Assembly (NCBI GenBank): GCA_951406725.2
Contig: OX597820.1
Location: forward strand, 74,214,001-74,278,000
Source: Octopus vulgaris
Lineage: Eukaryota
DNA: 64,000 nucleotides
Reading direction: 5' to 3'
The notes below the pieces were generated by a model. The model did no database searches, was not told where the DNA came from, and saw only the letters and a program-made list of their open reading frames with translations. Both the position numbers and the translations under genes were made by a program. This document shows positions 39,057 through 51,900 of the stretch, in pieces (position 1 is the stretch's first letter; every line of letters begins with the position of its first letter).

Positions 39057-40415
39057 GGAAAACCTGTCACTAGGACAGTTCCAACTGCTAGAAACAGCAA
39101 CCGAATTCATCTCAAATTGTATCCTACCTTCTTGAGAAAGAAAGGAAAACTTGTGATTTAGAAAATTCAGAAATATAATCTGTGCATGATGATAATAATA
39201 ATCCTGTTTACTATAGGCACAGGGCTTAAAATTTGTGAGTGAAGGCCAGCAATTTTAAGGGGAAGGGTCAATCGATTACATCGACCCTCAGTATTCAACT
39301 GGTACACATTCTATCGATCCCGAAAGTCAAAGTGAACCCCGGAAAAATTTGAACTGGAGCATACAGAGCTGGAAATGCCGCAAAGCATTTTGTTCGACGC
39401 ACTGACGATTCTGAAAACTTGCTGCCTTTTGCATTAATAAAAATAACTCTTTCAACTCAGGCACAAGGCCAGAAATCTTGCGAGAGGGCTCTGGTCAATT
39501 AGTATCGACTCAAGTGCTCAACTGATATTTGTTTTATCCTCTCCGAAAGGGTGAAAGACAAAGTCGATGTCGACTGAATTTGAACTCAGAACGTAAAGAC
39601 GGACGCATAGCCGCTAAGCTTTTTGTACGGTGCGCTTACAATTCTGCACGCTCGCTGCTTTTTGTACGATAAAAATAATAGTAGGTGATCTACAGTGGAA
39701 CACCTTTGATCATATTATATATGAAAGAGCTGGTCCGGGATAAACAATAACAGCACCAAAATAGCGATAACAGTATTTACTCTTCAAAGTTTTCTTCAAT
39801 TAGCTCTCTAATCCATCTTTAACCCACCCACCCGTACACAACTAATATATCTTCCATTCGCCCCCTAATCCATCTTCCAATCCGTCTCTCAGTCCACTGC
39901 CTACCTCTATACTCATACGTTCTTTAATCCATCCGATATTTCATATACCCGTTTAAATCTGCATTTGATTACCGTTGATTCACTTCATCCGACTCCCCAC
40001 CTTACTCTCTCTCTCTCTCTCTCTGCTTCTCCCTCTTTCTTGTTGTCCCTCCTCCCAATTTCTTTCATCTCAAAGCTTCCTTTTCTCTCTTTTGTCTTCC
40101 CCTTTCTTTTATCTCAATGTTTCTCGCTTCTCTCACACACAAACACACACACACTCCCCTTCTCTTCATCTCCTCCGGTCTATTCTTTCACTCATCGGTT
40201 TCACCGTTTCTTTTTCGGTATATCCCCTTCTTTCTCTCACACGCTCTCATTTCTTTCTCTCCCCCCATTCTTATCTCGCTCTCACCAGCTCTCCCCCACC
40301 TTCGCTCTTCCTCTTCTTCATCTTCTTCTTCTTCCTATCCCTCCCTCTCCCCCGACCACCAACACCTAGCAATACCATTTCTGTTTTCTTTCTACATTTA
40401 CATCTACCCTCATAG

Positions 40416-40499
40416 AACCGTACTCTGTTAAGATGACAGCTGAGCTTGATGCATTGTGTGATAAACACTGCTATATTACTCACACCACCAAGACTGGAA
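40416..40499 (+). CDS. Candidate 84-nt host exon, product unknown
   Basis: A pyrimidine-rich acceptor ending catag and a donor gtaagg. Only one of the three frames is open (PYSVKMTAELDALCDKHCYITHTTKTG). The sequence looks non-repetitive. No homolog was recognised. Confidence 0.35.
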
Positions 40500-40521
40500 G
40501 TAAGGCATCCGCACCCAATTC

Positions 40522-40606
<85 letters not shown>

Positions 40607-40996
40607 TAGTAGTGATGGTGGTGGTGTTTGGGAGTAAGGAGTCGAGGGGTGACCCCATCTATTTTTCACAGTAGAGCGTGGTCATGGTGATAATGGAAGG
40701 GAGCTTGTACAAAAGAAAATGAAGGGTGGATAGTAACATGATATCAAAGATCGTAGTAGTAGTAGTGGTAGTAGTAGTAGTAGTAGTAGTAGTAATGGTG
40801 GTGGTGGTGGTGGTGGTGAGTGGTGGCAGTTGCAAAGTGAGTATGGGGTGGAGGAGGGCTGGTAGAGAATGTCGTTGCTATTGTTATTTTTGCTTCACCC
40901 CGAGCCGACTCCGAGCGAGCAGAAATAGACCTATGATAAAAGAGAATCCATCCGTGACGATCCTGTCTTTTATTATTTCTAAAATGCAAAAACTGA

Positions 40997-41185
40997 TTTG
41001 ACTGCGGCCATGCTGGAGCACCGCCTTTAGTCGTGCAAATCGACCCCAGGACTTATTCTTTGTAAGCCTAGTACTTATTCTATCGGTCTCTTTGCCTAAC
41101 CGCTAAGTTACGGGGACGTAAACACACCAGCATCGGTTGTCAAGCGATGTTATGGGGACAAACACAGACACTTAAACATATACAC

Positions 41186-41219
<34 letters not shown>

Positions 41220-41402
41220 ATATTTGTACATATATACACACGATGAGCTTCTTTCAGTTTCCGTCTACCAAATCCACTCACAAGGCTTTGATCGGCTCGA
41301 GGCTATAGTAGAAGACACTTGCCCAAGGTGCCAAGCAGTAGGACTGAACCCGGAACCATGTGGTTGGTAAGCAAGCTACTTACCACACAGCCACTTCTAC
41401 GC
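40997..41402 (-). mobile_element. Full-length SINE family A
   Basis: Close reverse complement of the SINE-A consensus seen at 8250-8660. Confidence 0.92.
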
Positions 41403-41877
41403 CTACATTAAAATGTTTTTAAAAGATAATTGTAAACAGTGACGAAAACATCAATGATCTAAAAATTGGTCCGATTCCATCGGTAGTTGAAATCCTACCG
41501 ATGCTACCGTTCCCTCTTTTGGGGTCGATAAGCAAAGTACCAATCCCGTCAACCCAGCATTCTTCACCACTACTTCATTTTATGTTCTCGCTTTGACGAT
41601 TCATCCTATCCTGTGTTTTCTAAGTGCATTTTCAAGTCTCAAGCCCTCCGTGGCACCCACACCTAAGTGCGTTTTCTTTCTTAATCACAACCCGACAATA
41701 GCGTTCACGCCTTCTCCTTCTGACATTGGTAAACCGATTGTCTACTGGCGTCATAAGGAATGCTGTGAGAGGCAAGATTCTTCATTAATCCTTCCGTTAT
41801 CTACATTGCTACCATCATCTTGGTTGACAGATAAAAGTTGTAACCTACAATATTTATAAATGCAAGTGTATAGCGTT

Positions 41878-42238
41878 GCTATTTTGCAAAAGTGTCGTAA
41901 GTCCAAAACGTTTCTTTTTCAGAAAACGAAAAAATACTTTCACCATTCCATAGCAAAACCGTTGTACTACACTTTAACAATTTTCGATATATTGCTATCT
42001 GAAGCAGCTGGAGATACAATAGTTTGTAACGGCCAAAAGAATCGGTCGTTACAAACAAAAATATTAAAAAAATGCATTTGGCCAAATTTGGACATACGAC
42101 AGTTTAACATAATAGCAACGATATATATATATACTTGTATATGCACAAGTGCCACTACACATCTTATTAATAAGAGGCGGTTCACCTATCGCGGTTCATT
42201 ACTTAAGCTTACGTCGATTCCTCAGTTTTGCATATATA
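41878..42238. mobile_element. Possible MITE
   Basis: Imperfect terminal inverted repeats ctattttgcaaaagtgtcgtaag / cttacgtcgattcctcagttttgcatata, and an internal hairpin gtttgtaacggcc...ggtcgttacaaac. Confidence 0.4.
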
Positions 42239-43064
42239 ATAAAAGAAATTCTGTTTCTAATTAGGTGGGGTTTTAGAACGTAACAGTCGCGATAATCGGC
42301 AGAACTGAACCCGAAACCACGTGGCTGCAAAGCGAGCATCTCAACTACACAACCAATGTCTACGCCAAAGAAATCGTGGCACTCCGTCGGTTACGACGAC
42401 GAGGGTTCAAGTTGATCCGATTAACGGATCAGCCTGCTCCTGTATCCTTAACGTAGTTCTCGGGGAGATTCAGCGTGACACAGAGTGTGACAAGGCTGGG
42501 CATTTAAAATACAGGCACAACAGAAACAGGAAGAAAGAGTACATCAGGGTTCGCCACCACTCCCTGCCGAAGCATCGTGGAATTTTTTAAGTGTTTTTGC
42601 TCAATAAACACTCACAACGCCCGGTCTGAGAATCGAAACCGTGATCCTACGACCGAGTTTCTTTTGCCCTAACCACTGAGTCATTGCGCCTCCACGCCAA
42701 AGAAATAAGAGATAGAAAATAAGATTTACTTCTCGGCCAGACATCGCAACTTCATTTAACATAACCGTTTTTCTTTTTCTTTAAGATTTCATTCAACATT
42801 AAATATCAGTACGCCATAATAAAAACTCTTTTATTCTTTTTATAAATCGTTATTGTTTACAGTTAGCAGAATGGTAATTCCAGCGATGGAAGAAAGCAGA
42901 CAAGCAAGCAAACAAACAAACAAACAAACTCCGTGATGCCCCCTGCTCCGCTTCTCATTTTTCTTTAAGCACGTGTTTAATTTGTATAATAGTTAATCCG
43001 ATCCTGTCGGGACATTATGCATTCAATTTTTATTTTTTATTTTTTATTTTAAGGTTTGGTTTGA

Positions 43065-43535
43065 TGAGGCAATTAGGTCTTATTTCTCGTGAGTCGAGCT
43101 ACTTACAAAGGCTCCTTCGTTGTTTATAATGGTGGTGGAAAAGTAGGTGGAAATTAGCTGCTATTTCTAGTAATTCAAGTTATCTGCAGAGGGTTCTTGG
43201 TTGTTATGATGGTGATGGAAGTGTGAAGAGGAGAATTATAGGAAAGGGAATTTAACTGTTATTTCTAGTACTTGAAGCTACATATTCAGGTTCCTTCGTT
43301 GCTTATCATGGTGATGGAAGTGTGTAAAGAAGAATTGTAATAGGGGGAATTTAGCTGTTATTTCTAGGAATTCGAGCTGCTTACTAGTGGTTCCTTCGTT
43401 GTTTATGGTGGTGATGGAAGTGTGTGAAGAAGAATTGTAATAGGGGGGAATTTAGCTGTTATTTCTAGTAATTCGAGCTACTTACTAGAGGTTCCTTCGT
43501 TGTCTATGGCGGTGATGGAAGCGCGTACAAGAAGA
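43065..43535. repeat. Minisatellite, about 5 units of 80-100 bp
   Basis: Repeats of gaatttagctgttatttctag.aattcgagct.cttact...ggttccttcgttgtttatggtggtgatggaagtgtg. Confidence 0.9.
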
Positions 43536-44074
43536 GATGTGGTAACAAAAGTACACACTCGTTCTCCACAAATTGGTCCTCCACCCACCTTTATAACAAT
43601 GAGCAAGCCAAGGGTTGCTGCCTAAATGACCCTCATTGACGCCACCCTCCCCGCAGTCCCAGTCTCCGACATAATGCCGTCAATCTGTCACAGATTATTA
43701 TTATTATTATTATTATTATAATTTCTTTTTTTCAGTTGTTGTTTTTGATGTTTTGGTTTTTGTTTTGCTTCGTTTTTGTTTATTTTATGGTCTGGCATCG
43801 GATTAAGACGATTGGCGGACAGGCGTTATTAGGGGGCAGAATGACAATAGCAACGAGACAAGGGGTGCAGTGATGCAGATTAACTGCACAATACCAACAA
43901 CAGCAATGCAAACACACGCCCCCCCCCCCATAAATGACAAACTACGCTTTTGCCTTCCCGCCAACAAAAAGAGAAAGCCTGCACGTGGTCGGCCACTGTG
44001 ATAAAATTGTTAGTCAAATCGCCCTTAAATCACACCCTCAGTGTTCTTCTTCTTCTTCTTCTTCTTCTTCTTCC

Positions 44075-44138
<64 letters not shown>

Positions 44139-44333
44139 TTATTTCTTTTTACTTGTCTACGTCATTGAACTACAACCAGGCTGTGACATCACCTTGAAGG
44201 CTTTTGTCGAGCAAATCAACTCCACTTCTTATGCTCTTTAACTCTCACACTTATTCTATCCGTGTCTTTAACCAAACCGCTAAGTTAAGGAGAAGTAAGC
44301 AAACCTCCAACGGTTGTCAAGCAGTATAGGAAT

Positions 44334-44390
<57 letters not shown>

Positions 44391-44584
44391 CATACATACA
44401 CATGACGGGCTTCCACACAGTCTCCGTCTGCCATAATCACCAATATGATATTGGTCTCCCCAGAGCTATAGTCTAACAACATTTGCCAAAAGTGCCACAC
44501 CGTGGAATTGAACCAGTTTCAGTCATGGTTTGGCGGCTAAACAGAGACACTGTCTTGAAGAGTTTAGTCGGACAAATCGACAGC

Positions 44585-44815
44585 CGGTCGAGCTGGCAGA
44601 AACGTTAGCACGCTGGCCGAAATGCGTAGCCGTATTTCGTCTGCCATTACGTTCTGAGTTCAAATTCCGCCGAGGTAGACTTTGCCTCTCATTCTTTCGT
44701 GGTCGATTAATTAAGTACCAGTTACGCACTGGGGTCGATATAATCGACTTAATCCATTTGTCTGTCCTTGTTTGTCCCCTCTGTGTGTAGCCCCTTGTGG
44801 ACAGTAAAGAAATAG
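44585..44815 (+). mobile_element. Full-length SINE family C
   Basis: Head gagctggcagaaacgttagc and tail tttgtcccctctgtgtgtagccccttgtggacagtaaagaaata. It appears nested in a degraded minus-strand SINE-A. Confidence 0.88.
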
Positions 44816-45669
44816 GTATTTATTCTCTCAAGTCCCGTATTTTTTTCGATTAGTTTCTTACGTCAAACCGCCAAGTTACATAGACGTAAACCAACCTAAA
44901 CCAGTTGTCTTATGGTATGAGAATACACACACAAACACACACACATCTTTATGATAGGCTTCCATGCAGTTTCCATTGACCATATGCACTAACAAAGCAC
45001 TGCTCGGTCTAGGCGCTACAGTAGAAAACACCCAAGGAGCCGCGCACTATGACAAAAACCAAACCACGGGGTTACAAAGCGACCTTCGTAACCGCACAGC
45101 CATAACTGGGACAGGATGTTTCTCTCTAAGTCTCTCTCAAATGACATGCGCGCACACACACACACATACACACATACACACACATACACATACACACACA
45201 TACACATACACACACAAGACTGGCACTCCGTCGGTTACGACGACGAAGGATCCTGGCGATACGATCAAAGGAACAGCTTTCTGCTCGAGAAATTAACGTG
45301 CACCACCGGGAATCGAACTCACGATTTGAAGATCGTGAGCCGAATTCACTAACCACTATGCCAGACGCATACGCACACTGACTTAGATAACGAAAGTTTC
45401 ATAGCAAAAACGACCTTGGATTATTGAAGATGAAGTGGGAACATAGATGGATGGAGGTAAATACTGGGGGGTAGTTCGTTGATCTGGTCCTTATAATTAA
45501 TTATGGAAGATGCAATTAACGGCGAAACTGCTAATTTAATGAATTGGAAGTCGACATTTTTCTTTCTTTCTTTTTTTTCGTTTTTCTTTTTTCTTTTTAC
45601 TTTTTGCATACTTCGTAGCTGTCTTGTAGTAATTATTGTTAGGGAACTGATATTGATGTGTGACAGATC

Positions 45670-45681
45670 GCTGTGTGTATG

Positions 45682-45713
<32 letters not shown>

Positions 45714-46342
45714 TGAGCATGTGTGTACGTGTATGTGTGTGTGTGTATGTGTTTGTGTGAGTGTGTGTGTGAGCATGTGCGTGCATGTATGTCTGTATTT
45801 GTGTGAGAGAGAGCATGTGCGTGCGTGTATGTGTGTGTGTGTTTGTGTGAGCATGTGCGTGCGTGTATGTCTGTGTGTGTGTGTGTGTGAGAGAGAGAGC
45901 ATGTGCGGGCTTGTATGTGTGTGTGCGTGTTTGTGTGTGTGAGCATCTGCGTGCGTGTATGCGTGTGTATGTTTGTGTGCATGTTTGTGTGTATATGTGT
46001 TTGCGTGAATGTGTGTGGGCATGTTCGTGCGTGTATGTCTGTATGTATGCGTGTGTGTATGTGTATGTTTGTGTGTGAGCATGTGCGTGCGTGTATATGT
46101 GTGTATATTTGTGTGTGTGTGTGTGTGTTAGGGAGTGAAAGTGAGAGAGAAAGTAAGAGAGAGATAGAGAGAGAGAGAAAGAGAGGGAGAGAGGAAGGGG
46201 GGTTATGGCGGCGGTGGTAGAGAATTAACAAACCCCCTGTTGTTTTCCGTGGGTCATAGGTGTGTAGTTAAACTTTAATAAGTGGAGGTGAGAGGTGATT
46301 TATCATCGTCGACGTCTTCGCCATCGATTTCACCACCGTCAT

Positions 46343-46374
<32 letters not shown>

Positions 46375-46735
46375 TCATCATTGTCATCATCGCCGTCGTC
46401 GTCGTTATGATCATGACGGTTTTCATCATTATGTTCAATACCATCACCAACAACATCGCCATCCTCTGCTCCTCCTCCAATTCCTCCTCCTCCTCCTCCA
46501 ATTCCTCTCCTCCTCCTCCTCCTCTTCCTCCTCCTCCTCCTCCTCCTCATCATCATCATCAACGCTGTCCCCACCTGCATTATCCTCATCGCCGTGTCGT
46601 CGTCATCGTCGTCATCGTCCTCGTCGTAGACCTCCCCCCACCCGCCATCGTCGCCGATGTCGTCAACACATTGCCTTCTTCTTCTACATCATTATGATCA
46701 GGAACAAGGAGATTGCTGTGATTGTTGTGATGATG

Positions 46736-46789
<54 letters not shown>

Positions 46790-47102
46790 TTGATGATGAT
46801 GGTGATGATGAACATCATACATTCTACAAAATGCCTTGTATTTCTCCTGACTTTACTTTCATCGCCATCACCTTCAGCACAATCTTCATCCACATGATCA
46901 CCATCACGACCATCATGATCATCATTATGATCATCATCTGCTTCATACGCCTTTCCTCTCTTTCTTCCCTTACAGCATCACCATCATCCTTATAATAATT
47001 ATCATCTACATCCTATAATTTTCCTTTACCACGCCATCATCGTCGTCGTTGTCATCAACATCCCCATCACCTTCCTCCCTTCCTCTTCTTCTACTTCTTC
47101 TT

Positions 47103-47133
<31 letters not shown>

Positions 47134-47145
47134 ATCATCATCAGT
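45670..47145. repeat. Cryptic (TG)n tract followed by compound (CAT/CCT/GAT)n tracts
   Basis: Direct inspection; source of the poly-H/D/M/S ORFs. Confidence 0.9.
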
Positions 47146-47400
47146 GCCCCACCTTCTTCATCTCAGCTCTGATCAATCATAACTTTACTGTCCAATTATT
47201 TTAAAATCTAATTTAAATTTTAATATTAATGATGTAAGAAATCGATGTTGTTTTTTTTTTGTTATAAAATCAGTTTTTAATTTGATTAGTTTACCAACTT
47301 AACTACATGTATGACAACATGCCATGACATCCAGTTAATTACCCGCCAAATGTTTACCTACCCCCTTATCTACCTATTAACATTCCTGCCTGTCCCTCTT

Positions 47401-47631
47401 ATTTCTTTATTAACCACAAGGGGCTAAACATACAGGGGACAAACAAGAACAGACAAACGGATTAAGTCGATTACATCGACCCCAGTGCATAACTGGTACT
47501 TAATTTATCGACCCCGAAAGGATGTAAGGCAAAGTCGACCTCGGCGGAATTTGAACTCAGAACGTAGCGGCAGACGAAATACTGTTAAGCATTTCACCCG
47601 GCGTGCTGACGTTTCTGCCAGCTCGCCGCCT
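47401..47631 (-). mobile_element. Full-length SINE family C
   Basis: Reverse complement of 44585-44815. ttcctgcct occurs on both sides (possible TSD). Confidence 0.9.
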
Positions 47632-48467
47632 TCCTGCCTACCTTTCTTGCCTAACAACAAACATTCTGACGTACCTACGTAACTTCTTACCAACAGCTTT
47701 GAGGAAACGTGTTTTTGTGGTTAAGGGTATTCGGCTTAGTTTTTATGGTATACTATCATGAGTTCGATTCCCGACGGCACGTTAGGAAATTTGAGTCATA
47801 CTCAGTGTCATGGCTAATTGGGGATCAAGGAAAACGAGCGCTCCACCTGAGCCCAGTTTTCAAAATTGGCGCCTTTTCAACAATTTTTTAAGACTCTTTG
47901 GTTGCTTACATCATTGTAAGATTCGTACGTAATGACATCGTTACTGAAATATGAGTGGAGGCGCAATGGCCCAGTGGTTAGGGCAGCGGACTCGCGGTCA
48001 TAGGCTCGTGGTTTCGATTCCCAGACCGGGTATTGTGAGTGTTTATTGAGCGAAAACACCGAAAGCTCCATGAGGCTCCATGGTCATTCAAGACAGAAGG
48101 GGGTCACAACAACTGAAATACGAAATTAATGAATGTGGAATACAATTACGTATATTATAACTAATGAAACATTTCGTGTAAGATAAGAGAAATGGGTTAA
48201 GATATTTTCGCCTTTTTTCACGTGATCGCCCCTCACAAACTTTAGAATCCACCTCTGGGTACTTTTTGGTTACGCCTCTGGGTGCATTTTGGTTATATCA
48301 CCCCCTTTAAAAAAATTGGGTTATCTCGACCCGTTTTAGGAAAACATCGGTACTTTTGTTAATCTTCTCCAACTTAAAAAATTGTTTAACCCTCAAAAAA
48401 ACAAAACAAAAAAAAAATGGAAAAACTAATAAACACGAAAACTGAAAGGAATAAACGTCTTATTGAA

Positions 48468-48715
48468 TCTTCACTTGTTTCAGTCATTTGACTGCGGCCA
48501 TGCTGGAGCACCGCCTTTAGTCGAGCAAATCGACCGCAGGACTTATTCTTTGTTAAGCCTAGTACTTATTCTATCGGCCTCTCTTGCCGAACCGCTATGT
48601 GACGGGGACGTAAACACACCAGCATCGGTTGTCAAACGATGTTGGGGGGAACAAACACAAGACACACAAACATATATAGGCTATAGCAGAAGACACTTGC
48701 CCAAGGTGCCACGCA
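48468..48715 (-). mobile_element. SINE family A with an internal deletion
   Basis: Matches the SINE-A tail and part of the core. Further degraded copies lie at about 34395-34515, 44150-44520 and 51950-52830. Confidence 0.85.
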
Positions 48716-49431
48716 GAATAAAATAATATATACATCAAATGACTGAAACAAGTAAAAGAGTACACACACACACACACACACATACACACACACTCACATA
48801 TGTGTGTGTGTAAAGAAAACATTTGGTGTTTTATGCTTTATAAAAGACCCGAGCTGTTGTTTACGTGTCTCGCTTTACAGCACAACGCGTATGGAAGTGC
48901 CCACATAGACACCACCACCACGACTACAACAACAACAACAACAACAAATCCACCATCACCACCACAACCAACAGCATCAATATCGCCTCCACCACGACCA
49001 CTAACGTCCCACTAATAGCAATAGCAACAAAAACACTCAGGCACAAGAACACCGCCACACAGCAATATACACCACCACCGCCCTCTCTCACCATCACCAC
49101 TTCGTCCTTTATTGCCCTCTCTCTCTCACCACCACCACTTCCACTGCTACTTCCTTTTCAGCTCACCACCTACTGTGCTTGAACTTTCATCGCCATGTTC
49201 CTAACACTATGTGGTGGAAGGAAGGAGTTTATATACTCCAGTCAAGAACAATTCATTGGAAAGCTCCTGTGTGTGTGTATGTGTGTGTGCGTATTGGCTG
49301 TTTATATGTATGTGTGCACTCTCACAAACACATGCTTAGAGACAGTCATATAGAGTCACTTTCAGAGCTAGCCAAAGAAAATTGTGTATGTGTGTGTGTG
49401 CGTTCGTGCGTGATGGTGTGTATATATGTGT

Positions 49432-49465
<34 letters not shown>

Positions 49466-49784
49466 CTGTCATCATTCTGTCTGTCAAATGTCCGGATCAC
49501 GACAATCGTTCCCTGCTAAGGCTAATTTCATTACTATTTAACAATGGCCCGCCTACTCACCCCTTCCAGTGTCAGCATCAGATTGCCCGGTATCCCACTG
49601 AGCCAAAGTATTAGTAGTAGTAGTAGTAGAAAAAGAAGTAGTAGTAGTAGTAGTAGTAGTAACAACAGCAGCAGTAGTAGGTGTTATTTTTGTATAATGG
49701 GACGTTTTATTTTCAGTTTGCGAATTTTATTGCTTCTTTTTCTTGTATATTTATGTATCATTCTTTATTATATATTTTTATATA

Positions 49785-49822
<38 letters not shown>

Positions 49823-50088
49823 AACACACTCACTCAGACACACATAAATCTATGTATGTATATATATATATATATATATATAGATGGATACTGTATATTT
49901 GTGTGTGTATTTATTTTGTTGGTTTCGTTAATTTATGTCGTATTTAGGGATTTGGTATTGTAGTTGAGTGTGTTTTCCCTCTCATTGTCCAGACTATTTA
50001 ATTGTCCTTCACGTTGTTGTTATTGTTGTTTATATGTTTGATTATTAGAATGGAAAGTGGTATCAGGAAATGGATACAGATGTTCCAT

Positions 50089-50119
<31 letters not shown>

Positions 50120-50350
50120 GCGCGCGCACACACACACACTCACAAACTTACGTATACATGTGTGTGTCTGCGTTTGTGTACGTACATGCATGCATGCATT
50201 CAGTTATGTATGTTATACATATGCATTTATGTTACTGAATGAAAGATTTAGAAATAATGAAATTTGTGTGTGTGTGTGTCTGTGTGCGCGTCTATATGTA
50301 TATAAACTTACATGGAAATGGATGTGTAACGTTCAATTAAATAATAATAG

Positions 50351-50404
<54 letters not shown>

Positions 50405-50587
50405 TATAAACATATATATATGCATACATACATACATATATATATATATATACATATCTATACATACATATATATATACATACATGCACACACACATATA
50501 TATATATGCATATATGGGTACAGGACGTCACTTAATGTGCAAACAACGTGAAATACATAAACAATGAGAGAATAGATATCTATATCT

Positions 50588-50654
<67 letters not shown>

Positions 50655-51286
50655 ATCAGCCGGTATCGTCTTCTAAGAGTTATACGTTCTTGTCCATGTT
50701 GTATTTTTCTACATACCTTAATATATATATATATATATATATTAGTAATTCAACTGAATCTTAACTGTTTTTATGTATATACATACATATACATACATAC
50801 ATACATACATACATATGTACATACATACATATATATATATGTATATATATATATATTAATAATATTTATACTAATGCATATGCATTCATGTGCTCCCATA
50901 TTCTTCTCTAGTTCTCTTCTCTGCTCTCTCTCTCGCTCTCTTTCGTTGGCGGAGCTCTTCACGAGAAATTTGGTTAATATGTCTATATCGTGCATGTTTT
51001 CAAGAGTACACTCATATTTGCATAGATTTACAAAAGAACATAGAAAGACTCGTACGCATAAAAACTCATTAAACATGAATATGTCTTTTCTTACAAATAC
51101 AGCGTGTGCATATGCCAACACACACACACACACACACAATATATGCATATGCTGATGGTCTCAGCACTTTAAGAATTCTGTTGATGGGATGTGCTGATTA
51201 AAATCTCCATTTACTGCGCAGATGGTGTATGTATACCACACAAAATCACACAATTGCGCGCACACGCAGAGACACGAATATAGCTC

Positions 51287-51379
<93 letters not shown>

Positions 51380-51600
51380 TTGTCTGTCTGTTTGTCTGTC
51401 TGTCTGATTCTCTCTCTCAATCTCTGTCTGTCTGTCTATCAATCTCTGCCTTTCTGTCTGTCCGTCTGTCTACCTATATATCTATCTATTTATCCATCTT
51501 TCCCTGTTTCTGTCTGTCTATCTATCAATCTATCTGTCTGTCTGTCTGCCTGTCTATCTCTCTATCTATCTATCTATAGACACACACACACACACACACG

Positions 51601-51708
<108 letters not shown>

Positions 51709-51759
51709 AACACAGTCCATGCCAGCGTGGAAAACGGACGTTCAATGATTATAATGCAG

Positions 51760-51900
51760 TTCTATATTTAATGAGAAGCCAGGTTCGAAATTTCCCAAAG
51801 ACACCAGACGAAGGCTGGAGGATATATCAGCCAAAATGTTGTGTTAACAAGAAACAAGATGAGGACAAATATCCATCAACTGTAAACAATATAAATAATG
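51760..51900 (+). mobile_element. Short element with a degenerate hammerhead-like motif
   Basis: cCAGACGA-A-GGCUG(gaggauauau)CAGCC-AAAAUGUU; the core positions are mutated but stem II is intact. Confidence 0.45.

Noticed and set aside
43065-43535. CRISPR-like array
   Set aside because: The units are similar over their whole length with no unique spacers, and the context is eukaryotic.
49555-49600. Minus-strand micro-exon (cag|...|gtgagt)
   Set aside because: It is 37 nt with a weak pyrimidine tract and no other support.
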